Below, one piece after another: positions 46,735 through 57,924 of a stretch of DNA of 64,000 nucleotides (position 1 is the first letter of the stretch; each line of letters starts with the position of its first letter). The notes beneath the pieces were generated by a model that did no database searches, had not been told where the DNA came from, and saw only the letters and a list, made by a program, of their open reading frames with translations. Origin of the DNA: the human T2T-CHM13v2.0 reference genome, Homo sapiens; assembly GCF_009914755.1 (NCBI RefSeq), contig NC_060947.1, one strand, 5' to 3'. The translations under genes were made by a program, and so were the position numbers.

Positions 46735-48862
46735 TCTGACCAGCCACAATGGGCTTGGACCCACAGTGATCAGCCATGACCACCTTTGGCTGGATTTCAC
46801 TGATCATGATCAGCCTTGACTGGCATGGTGGGCTTTAACTGATTCTAACCAGCTGTGACCAGCTTTGATTGGCTCTGGCCAGCTGTAACCAGTTTTGACC
46901 AGCTTAGACTGACTGTGAACAGCTTTGGTCAGCCTTGGCTGGCTGTGGCTGGATTTGGCCAGTTTTCACTGCGTCTGACTGACTTTGAATGGCCTGGAGT
47001 GGTTTTAATTGGCTGTGACTGGTTTTGAATATCCATGACTGGCTGTGACTGGTTTTGACGGGATTGACTGGTTTTGACTTGCTCAGTCTGGCTGTGACTA
47101 GTTTTGATCAGATTTGAGTGGCTTTGACCAGCTTAGACTGGTTTTGACTGTCTTAGATTGGCTGTGACAAACTTTGGCTGGCCATGACCAGCTATAACTG
47201 GAATCTACCAGTTGTGACTGGCTTAGCTTGGTTATGACCAGCCTTGAGTAGTCTTGATCAGACCTGACCAACTTCTGACTGGCTTTGACCAGAATTGACC
47301 CACGTTGACCAGCACTGACAGGCTTTCACTGGCTGTGACTTGCTTTGCCCAGTTTAGATTGGTTTTGACCTGCTTAGACTGGCCATGAATGGCTGCAGCC
47401 AACTTTCACAAGAATTGACTGTTTTTTACCATCTTACACTGATTTTGACTGGCTTAGACTTCCCATGACAGGCCAGGCCATAACTGGCCACAACTGGCTT
47501 TGACCAGCATTCATTTTGACCAGCTTAGACAAAACATGACTGGCTGTGACCAGCTTTGAACAGAATTGACTAGTTTTGACTGGCTTAGACTGAATGTGAC
47601 CAGCCTTGACTGGTCGTGATCAAATCTATCAGACTGTGACTGGATTTGAGTGGAATTGACTAGTTTTTGATCGATTTAGACTGACTGTGACCATCTATGA
47701 CCAGCTGTGTTTGGCATTGTCCAGAATTCAGTGTTTTTTACTGGTTTATATTGGCTGTAACTGGCTTTGGCCATATGTGACTGGCTTTGATTGGAACCAA
47801 CTGGTTTTGACAGGCAGTGACTGGCTTTGTCCAGAATCAACCGGCTTATACCAGCTGTGACCAGCCATGACTAGTTTTACCAGGATCAACTGGTTTTGGC
47901 TGGCTTACACCAGTTTTGACTGGAGTAGGTTGGCTACAACCAGTTTTGACCAGAATTGACTGGTTTTGACTGGGTTAGATCAGCTGTGGCAACCCTTTGA
48001 CTGGTCATGATGAGATTTGACTGGCTGTGACTGGCTTTGGCCAGAATCAACCAGTGTTGATGAGTTTAGGCTGGCTGTAACTGGCTTTAACTGGCAGTGA
48101 CTGGGCTTTGACCAGAATTAACCAGTTTTGACTGGCTTAAACTGGCTATAAGTGGCTTTGACCAGCTATGGCTGGCTTTGTCCAGAATTTACCAGTTTTG
48201 ACTTGCTTAGATAGGCAGTGACTAGCTTCAAACAACCTTGACTGCCTTTGACTGGAATTTACCACTTTTGGACACATTTGGCTGATTTTCAATGGATTTG
48301 GCTGGTTTTGATCAGCTGTCACTGGCTTTGATTGGCCTGGACTGGTATTAACAACATAGGACCATTCTTGACCAGCTACAACTGGCTTTGACCAGCCTGG
48401 GCCTACTTTTTTCTGGCCTTGACCAGTCTTAACTAGCCATGATCAGACTGTTTTTTGCTTTTTGTTTTTGTTTTTGTTTTAAGGCAAAGTCTCACTGTGT
48501 TGCCCAGGCTGGAGTGCAGCGGTGCAATCTCAGCTGACTGCAACCTCCACCTCTCCAGTTCAAGTGATTCTTGTGCCTCAGCCTCCTGCGTAGCTGGGAT
48601 TACAGGTGCCTGCCACCACACCCAGCTAATTTTTATATTTTTAGTAGAGATGGGGTTTCACCAAGTTGGCCAGGCTGGTCTTGAACTCCTGACCTTAAGG
48701 GATCCACTTGCCTCAGGCTCTCAAAGTGCTAAGATTACAGGCATGAGCCACTGCACCTGGTGGCCTCAGACTGTTTTTGACCAGCCGTGACTCGAGTTGA
48801 CATGCTTTGACTGGCTTAGACTGGTGGTGACTCACTTTGAACAGTGGTGTCTGGCCATAACC
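46735..48862. repeat. Degenerate 10-bp tandem array (consensus about C[TG/CA]G-CTTTGA), ~180 units, split by an Alu
   Basis: Units such as ctggctttga, ctggctgtga, ccagaattga, ctggttttga and ctggcttaga stay in 10-bp register over ~1.7 kb and resume at 48766-48862. Confidence 0.95.
48456..48765 (-). mobile_element. AluS inserted in the 10-bp array
   Basis: Full Alu; 13-bp TSD tcagactgttttt at 48443-48455 and 48766-48778. Confidence 0.95.
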
Positions 48863-49339
48863 CTGCTGCCTCCTGCCTGACCCAGTGTATAGATGGAGGG
48901 GAATAGAGTGGCGACGGAGCTTTTGGGGAATGGCTTAGGAGATGGTGCACTGGAAGAGTTCACTGGTGGGTTTCCACCTTAAGGGCCTTGGGATAATTTC
49001 TTCTTGCATATGGGGAAATAGGCCATGGGGGCATTAACTCAACTATCAGGGTAGGTGGCAGAGGAGAGAGGCAAGGATGCCTGCTTGACAAGAGTAAGCT
49101 AGGGTGAGTGTGAATTTTCTCCCTTTGCTCCTTCCTGAGTCCTTGAGCTTCGCAGAGCAGCCTCTGAAGCCCATGTAGATACTCGATGTTCAACAATTCA
49201 GAAAATAGGTAAGAATGACAGGGCCAGAGAAGGAAAGGATGAGGTGGGTATGTAGTAGAGAGGCAAGGTGTTAGCCGGGGAGGATGCTAAATTAACCTAC
49301 AAGGTAATAGTGAAAGAAAGGAAGGCAATAGTAAAACAA

Positions 49340-49495
49340 CCTTAACCCTAGCCCTAGTCCCAATCCCAGCCCCAATCCTAACCCCAGCCCCAACCCTAAC
49401 CCTAATCCTCAAATTCTTTTATTCGTTAATCCCTAAAATCTAAGCCTTAACCCTCTAATCCCAAATACTGTAAATACTAACCCCAAGCCCAACTC
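49340..49495. repeat. Degenerate interstitial telomere-like (CCCTAA)n tract
   Basis: About 11-12 in-phase hexamers at 49340-49410 including two perfect CCCTAA (49394-49405), with a more decayed continuation to ~49495. Confidence 0.75.
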
Positions 49496-49612
49496 CAGAT
49501 GAAACCAAAGAAATCAAACACAGGCATGACATCACAAGGACAAAAAACTACAGAAAAATATCCCTTTTAAACATAGATGTAGTAAACCTTAACAAAATAA
49601 TAGTAATATGAA
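49496..49612 (+). mobile_element. Old L1 ORF2 fragment
   Basis: aaaaaactacagaaaaatatcccttttaaacatagatgtagtaaaccttaacaaaata resembles the NYRPISLMNIDAKILNK-encoding region. Confidence 0.7.
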
Positions 49613-49619
49613 ACTATAA

Positions 49620-49767
49620 TTACCACTTGATAATCACAGGGGATTGGTTCCAGGACCCTGCCAATACCAAAATCCATGTATACTCAAGTCTCACAGTCAG
49701 CCCTGTGAAATCTATGGATATGAAAAGTCAGGCCTCCATATATGTGGGTTTTACATCCCATGAATAC
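49620..49767. mobile_element. MER2-family (Tigger-derived) fragment
   Basis: ggggattggttccaggaccc...ataccaaaatccat...tactcaagtc. Confidence 0.8.
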
Positions 49768-50029
49768 TAGTATTATATATATAGTATTGTATATAGTATA
49801 GTATTATATATATAGTATTAGATACATTGGAACTTCCAATGGGGTGAATGAGAGTGACTTGGACTTACTTAGTGGGATCCTTTTGGAGGCTTCTGATACC
49901 TCCACGCTTGCTGAGGCTTTTCCACTGGGCTTGGAAAAAGAATATAATACTATATATATAATACTATATAGAGAGTATATAATTAGTATATTATATATAT
50001 GTGTGTGTGTATATATACATATATATATT

Positions 50030-50383
<354 letters not shown>

Positions 50384-50640
50384 TGAGATTTACCTAACAA
50401 TTTAGTAAAAAATATAGAGCTGATGTATTATGGAGCTGATTTCTTTATCTACACTGGTAAAAATAGTGAAGAATTTTGAAATTGTTTTCTTAGAAGACAT
50501 TACCTAGTTTTGTTGTTTAAACAATGGAAAGGATGAAATGATTTTATTTTCATATGAATATGTAAACCATATATATTTGTTACCTTTTTAAACATAAATG
50601 TAATTAATATATGGAAATACAATTTTATTTTAGCTTACAG

Positions 50641-50803
50641 CAGTGTTTTTCAAACCTTGTTGCACATTAAAATCACCTGGAGAGCTTTTATAAAGTAGAT
50701 GACTAGATGTGCAGATGTGCACCCTGCCCATTCTGACTTAATTGGTCTCTACTGGGTAAAAGCCTCCCATGGGATTAAGTGCAGCCATGTTTGAGGACCA
50801 CTG
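50641..50803. mobile_element. MER5A-type DNA transposon
   Basis: cagtgtttttcaaac...aaatcacctggagagctt...tttgaggaccactg termini. Confidence 0.8.
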
Positions 50804-50865
50804 ACCTAGAGTTTTCAGAGTCCAGAGTGCTCACTATTACACCATGAAATCTTTTGCTGACCTAG

Positions 50866-51234
<369 letters not shown>

Positions 51235-51469
51235 TAAAAAAATGCAACAATAAAGGAGTTCAGGCAAATATAGAATTTTAAAAAAGCATTAAGGGTTATT
51301 AGGTCAGTAAGTTATAATTCAGACCTTTTCCATTGGATGATCAATGGGTTATTTAAGATTCTTTGGTTAGAGAAATCTGCACAGAAATGTCTTTGAAATC
51401 AAGGACTGTGTCCTGTCATTTTTATGTCCTCACTTCCAGGCACAGCAAAGACACTCACAAGTATTTGTT

Positions 51470-51743
51470 GAGAGAGAGAGAGAGAGAGATGAGGGGGAGA
51501 GAGAGAGAGACAGAGGAGGAAGGAAGGGAGGAAGGAAGGAAGGAAGGGAAGAAGGGAAGGAAGGAAGGAGAGAGAAAGAAGAAAGAAAAAAGAAAGACAG
51601 ACGGAGGGAGGGAGGGAAGGAGGGAGGGAGGGAAGAAAGGAAGGCGGGAGGGAGGGGAGGGAGGGAAGAAAGGAAGGAAGGAAGGAAGGAGAGAGAGAGA
51701 GGAAGAGAGAGAGAGAGAGAAAGAAGGAAGAAAAGAAAGAAAG
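51470..51743. repeat. Polypurine (GA/GGAA/GGGA)n tract
   Basis: ~270 nt almost purely A/G on the plus strand. Confidence 0.95.
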
Positions 51744-51809
51744 CTAACCAAACAGCAAGTATTTGTGTTCTTAACTAGTGTTTTCAAATATGATTCTAAG
51801 ATTATTGTC

Positions 51810-52090
51810 AAAGACAGGGTCTCAGTCTGTCTCCCAGGCATGAGTGCAGTGGTGCCATCATGGCTCACTACAGCCTTGATCTCCTGGGCTCAAACAATCC
51901 TCCCATCTCAGCCTCCCATGTTGCTAGTACTCCAGACATGCACCACATTGCCTGCCTAATTAAAAAAAAATTGTAGAGATGGTGGTCTCACTATATTTCA
52001 CAGGCTGGTCTCAAACTCCTGGCCTCAAATGATCGTCCCTCCTTGGCTTTCCAAAGTGTTGGGATTACAGGCATGAGACTGTGACTGGCC
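51810..52090 (-). mobile_element. AluJ
   Basis: Diverged Alu. Confidence 0.88.
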
Positions 52091-53132
52091 AAAAGTATGA
52101 AACTTAAATGGAGTTGGTTTTCATATGAGGAAGAGTTTACAATGGGTTAGAGTAACCAGGAAACATTTCACAGGTGAAGTTAAACTTGAGCTGATGGAAG
52201 AAATAGAATAATCCAATAAGAGACAACATTATGAGCAAAGATGCAGAGGAATTTTGGAGGCCAAAAAGATAGGTTTGGGCTAGAATTTGGAAAGTCTTAG
52301 ATGCAAATTGAAGTGTTTGAATTATTAAATTTTATCTTAATGAATGAAAAATCGTTGGTGTGTTTTGTGTTCGTTGGTTTTTAGCAGGGGAGAGATATGA
52401 CAAAAATAGCATTTTAGATATATTATTTTGGTGCTATGATAGCCATTGACAGGTAAAGAGAGGTTGGCATCGATGCTGGCTTGAAAAAGTATGAGGGTGT
52501 TGAAGATGCAAGCCCTTGAAAGTCATACATGGGATTAAGCCACGATGACAGTAAGAACAGAAAGAAAAGGACAGAGAATTTGTGAAGAACTACAAAAGCA
52601 GAATATATATAGCATGTCTGCTATGTGCCAGGCAATGTACTAGCCATTGGTAACATACAGGATATTTAGCAATTGGTATGACATGTGCAGCCTAGACTTC
52701 CATTGATCAGAACCTATGAAGCCCGGTAGGTGGTACCAGTGTTCACTGACTGAATATCAGTTCTAGATAAAGCAGAGGACAAAGCGGTCTGTGTTTCCAT
52801 GGAGTTTACATTGGTAAAAACAGGATATGTTTGGGGCTAAGGTATCATGAAGGAAAAGATAATCCACATAAAGTTGTGACACTAAAAATGATTCCCTTGA
52901 CAATAAATATGCAGGATTAGTTTGATCACTCCTTGATTGTTTTGTGAGATTTTATGTCCTTTTTCCTTGCATTTTGCACTAAACTACCACATTTGGCACC
53001 ACTTCCATGGCTCTTGTGGCCTACTGTCATTGACTTTGGCTACCATCAAAACCAATTCCCTGTCTAGATTGCTAGATTGGACATGTTTACTTCTTATTAC
53101 CTTCCGTTGTGAGCTTTGCATGCTTTAGTTTC

Positions 53133-53426
53133 TTTTTTTTTTTTTCAGATGAAGTCTTGCTCTGTTGCCCAGGCTGGAGTGCAGTGGTGTAATCTCCATT
53201 CATTGCAACCTCAGCCTCCCAGTTCAAGAGATTCTCCTGCCTCATCCTCCCGAGTAGCTGGGATTATAGGCAGGCGCCACCACGCCTGGGTAATTTTTGT
53301 ATTTTCAGTAGAGACAGCGTTTCACCATGTTGGCCAGGCTGGTCTCGAACTCCTGACCTCAGGTGATCTGCCCGCCTCCGCCTCCCAAAGTGCTGGGATT
53401 ACAGGCGTGAGCCACCGTGCCCAGCC
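53133..53426 (-). mobile_element. AluS
   Basis: Full Alu; TSD tgcatgctttagtttc. Confidence 0.93.
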
Positions 53427-55742
53427 TGCATGCTTTAGTTTCAAACAGTTCTCAAATTTAAGTTGCACCACATGTGACAGATCCATCAAGATGTAGTGAT
53501 ATTTGCAGTCATGTTATGGCAATTGTTATATTAAGGCTTTGAGTTTGGTTTAAAAAAGAAAAAGGAGAGGTGAGGAGTAAGGTGGCTGTGGAGAGAGAGA
53601 AAAACAAAATGAAACAGAGAGAGAGGAGAATGATAAAAGCATGCAAAGCTGATCCAAGTTTACTGGTAGCTAGAGAAGAGAGGCTTTTTTAGGTCAAGTT
53701 GTTTTTTTCAGACCTCTTAAGGATTGTACTTTTTACATAATAAATGGGATCACCTTTGTAGTAAATCATTTCTGCTTGTTAAAATGTCTGAAAACACCAG
53801 ACTGACCATTTATCAGGATGTTTCTTAATCACGTTTAATCAGGTATAAGTTTTCAAATCATTTATTAAAAGTGCTATCTTTTACACAAAAGATATTCTTA
53901 GTCATTAAAACTGGCAAAATGAAGTGCGTTATTGAAAACACTAGGGAAGGTCAATTTTTCAGAGTAACAACTTTTAAAACCATTTTATTATCTAAGACTT
54001 TTGTTTAAAAACAAATAAAAATAATACCTTTATTGTTTCTGAAAGATATAGTTTATTGTAAAAAGTACTTTGAAGATACTGAAAAAAATTTTAAAGTTAA
54101 CCAAAAGCACCCATATTTGCCAAACAAAGACACACAACATAATGTCAAGTAATTATTTCATCTCAACCCTTTTTATACGTATAGAATATTTTATATACTT
54201 TCGTATCCTAGTTTTTAAAATCTAGCATTATATCTTGAGCATTTTCACATGTCCTTGCATACTTTTCTAAAATATAATTATAGTTGCTATATAATGTTAC
54301 ACCACATAGGTGCAGCACGCTTTGTTTTATACTTCCTCTACTATAGGCCATTTAAGTGTTTTCATGTATGGGATATTGTTAACCATATTGCCATAAATAA
54401 AACTTGCTTTCCTGCATTTCTGATTATATCTCTAGTTTATAGACCTAGATTTGCAATGATTGGGCCTGAATATATGAATATTTATAAGGGCCTTTATATA
54501 TTTTATTATCCAGAAAAATATCTTCTTGAGTACATCGGTAAGCTGATAAGAAATTGTCATCCAGCAGCCAAACGAAGGCAGACACCTGAAATGGATAAAC
54601 TGCTTTCTGAAGCCAACCTTCAATATAAGAGAATTTGCTGAGTCTAACAAACTTGGACTTTTGTTTTTCACAGCCGTGTGGAGTTCATGGAATAGGGGAC
54701 AAAGCTCATGGTCCTCCTAAGGTGGAGAACCTAACAGGAGACGCTTTACAAAGCTTGGGCCCCAAAGAGCCACACCACAGGTTAAGGGTTAACTATAAAT
54801 AAATCTGTTGCTCATCCAAGAGACTGCAAGGAAAACTGTACTACCTGCCTTGAAATTTGGCACTAAGAGTGTGAGGCTATTTTCTGTTGAGATTTTGTAA
54901 TAACAAGATAGTCCTCACATGGGTTTACAGTCCAAATACTATGTGGGTGGTGTGGAAAACCTAAAGTTGAGTATTTAGTTTGAAGCCGACGCAGACTAGT
55001 TGGTTGCTCCTCCAAGTGCTTGATAGAACCAAGCTCAAATCCTGTTTTGAGGAGATTCACTTTATCTCAGGCTCAAGATAATTCCTACTGATAGTAATCA
55101 AAGGAAAATGAGAGAAAAAAGCCATTAAACTCATGAGGAAAAAAGGTACCACGAGTGAGAACCAATAGGAACAACAGATAGTAGACTAAGACTTCACCAG
55201 AAAAACTTCATTTTTGAAACTACCAAACTCAGAGTATAAAATAAGCATGCTTTCTTTATTTCAATATATTAAAGAGAGGATTAAAAATATGAGTAAATAA
55301 CACATGAATGTGAAAAGCTATAAAAAACTTGCAGAATTAGAATATGCACAAACACACACACACACACACACACATGCACACACACATACACACACATATA
55401 CATAAAAAACAACTTGATTTTTCCAGGAAGATAGGAAATATAATTGAGGTTTAAACTTAGCGGATGAGTTTAACAGTGGATTATATACAATTGAATAGAG
55501 ATTTAGTGAACTATAATATAGAACTAAGAAAATCAAGACTTAATGAACTATAATATGGAACTAAAGCAAATATACAGACAACATCCCAAAGAGATGAGAG
55601 ATGGGAAATATAAAAGAGGGATTAATAGATTTATAGGATAGACTGAGAAGATCAACATGCAGAGACGTAAAAGGAGAAGAAAGAGAGTGTGGAATGGAGA
55701 AAATATTTAAAGATATTATGCTTGAATTTTTTTTTGTAAAAC

Positions 55743-56105
55743 TGTTATGGAATTAATGTTTGTGTCCCCTCAAGTTCATACGTTGAAATTCTGCCTTCCA
55801 ATATGATGTCATTAGGAGGTGAGGCCATTGAGAGGTAATTTAGGTCGTGAGGAAAAAGCTCTCATCAATGGGATTAGTCTCCTTGTAAAAGAGACTCTAG
55901 AGAGCTCTCTTGCCCTCTTTCTTCTGTCTCAGGATAAAATTAGAAGTCAGCAGTCTGCAACTTGAAAGAGGGCCCTCATCAGAAACAGACAATATTGGTA
56001 CCCTGGTCTTGGATGTCCAGCCCCCAAAACTGTGAGGAATAAATTTCTGCTGTTTATAAGTCACTCAGTCTATAGTACTTTGTTATAATAGCCCAAACTA
56101 AGACA
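55743..56105 (+). mobile_element. MLT1A-type MaLR LTR
   Basis: tgttatggaattaatgtttgtgtcccc...tttgttataatagcccaaactaagaca. Confidence 0.85.
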
Positions 56106-57259
56106 TTGTTAAGACACCAACCAATACATGGATTTCAGAAGCCTAGTTAATCCCAAGCAAGATTTAAAAAAAGAAATCAACACCTAGAAACATTTTGTTG
56201 AAACTAAAGAACAACAGATGCAAGGAGATCTGAAAATGACCAGCAAACTTGAGATCTCTATCCAACAAAGATATCTTTCAGGCAGAACAAAAGTGATTCA
56301 AGATGAAAGATTTGAGAAGCAAGATTTGATTCAAGATGAAAGATTTGAGAAGCAAGACGGAATAACGAAGAAATAAAATGATGAGTACATGGTAAACTTA
56401 AATAGAGAATATTTAGACAATAATAATGATGATGTCTTATGGAACAAGAACAGATAAAACAAAATACTGAATAACAGCATACAAGTCAAGAGGAGGTTTG
56501 ATCACATTGGAAAAGGCTTAAAGTGTACGAAAGTTCTTGTACTATTCAGTTTGAGGGTAAATATACTGAATAGCTTTAGAATTTCGAAGGATGGGTATCA
56601 TATAGGCAATAATCTCTGACCACATGTGATTAAGTTAGATATCAATAGATAACTACAAAGATACCATATGCTGAGAAGTTAAGACACACATTTTAATAAC
56701 TAACAAATCAAAAGAGAAATGATAATGGAAATTGTGAAATAGTTGGAAATAAAAATTAACAACAAAAATGCAATATAACAAAACTTGGATTCATCTAAGG
56801 CAAAACTAGAGGGAAATTAATAGTCAGGTATTTATATTAAAGAAAAGAAAGGCTGGAAACTAATGGCATACACATACATCTCAAGAATTTTTTAAAAAGT
56901 AGAAAAATAAATGCAAGAAAAAGATAAGTAAAGGAACAAAAAAAGCGGAGACTAGTGAAATACAAAATAAACATATAGAGGAGCAACACAGCCAATTTCA
57001 AACTTAAGGAAAAAAGATAAAATTGAAAAATTACTGGCAAAAGTAAGCAAGAAATAAAAAAGTAAGAGATATGGTACAGATGCACGATATTAGTAATGTG
57101 AAAGGATATATAACAAAAATACAATTGTTATTAAAAAGATTATAGGAAGATATTATGAGCAATTTCATGCCAGTACACTTAATAACTTACATGACATGGA
57201 AAGATATTTAGAAAAGCATAACATGCAAAGTAGCTGAAGAAGAAATATAAAATGAATCA

Positions 57260-57532
57260 TAAGGATGGGGCTGTAATCCAAAATGTGACTTGTGTCTTTA
57301 TTAAAAAAGGAAGAGACATCATAGACATGCATGCCCAGAGAAAAGGCCATGTGAGGACTCAGTGAGAAAGCAGCTATCCTCAAGCCAAAGAGAGAGACTT
57401 CAGGAAAAATCAATCCTGCTGGTACTTTGATCTTGGACTTTCAGCCTCCAGAATAGGGAGATAATAAATTTCAATTGTCTAAGCCATCTCATTTGTGGTA
57501 TTTTGTTAGGGCAGCCCTAGCAGACCAGGACA
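57260..57532 (+). mobile_element. MLT1B-type MaLR LTR fragment
   Basis: ggccatgtgaggactcagtgagaaagc...ttgatcttggactttcagcctccagaa...gcagccctagcagac. Confidence 0.8.
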
Positions 57533-57606
57533 CATATTTTCACCTAACAAGAGAGTCATAAAACACATTAAAAAATACTGAGATAATTCAAGGGAGAAGT
57601 AGACAC

Positions 57607-57924
57607 TTTTTTTTTTTTTTTTGACAGGGTCTTGTCCTGTTGCCTAGTCTGGAGTACAGTGGCACAATCATGGCTCACTGAAGCTTTGACCTCTTGGGAT
57701 CAAGTGATTCTTGCACCTCATCCTCCCAAGTAGCTAGGACTATAGGCACATACCACCACACCTGGCTAATTTTTTTTTTATTTTTTATTTTGTAGTGAGA
57801 TGCATAGTGAGATGCAGTCTCGCTATGCTGTCCAGGTGGGATTCGAACTACTGGGCTCAAGTGATCTTCCTGCTTTCTTCTCAAAAGATGCTAGGATTAT
57901 AGGTGTAAGCCACCACACCTGGCT
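57607..57924 (-). mobile_element. AluJ
   Basis: Diverged full Alu. Confidence 0.9.

Noticed and set aside
46735-48450. Decamer array as a CRISPR array or a repetitive protein-coding region
   Set aside because: Units are contiguous with no unique spacers and the DNA is primate; TGA/TAG recur in all plus frames and no ORF of 60 aa or more is called within the array on either strand
46735-48450. Immunoglobulin switch-like region (contains AGCT and CTGG motifs)
   Set aside because: Not G-rich, lacks GAGCT/GGGGT pentamer runs, and no Ig constant exons are nearby
51363-51959. Longest ORF (198 aa, E/R/K/G-rich)
   Set aside because: Read-through of a polypurine microsatellite into an AluJ
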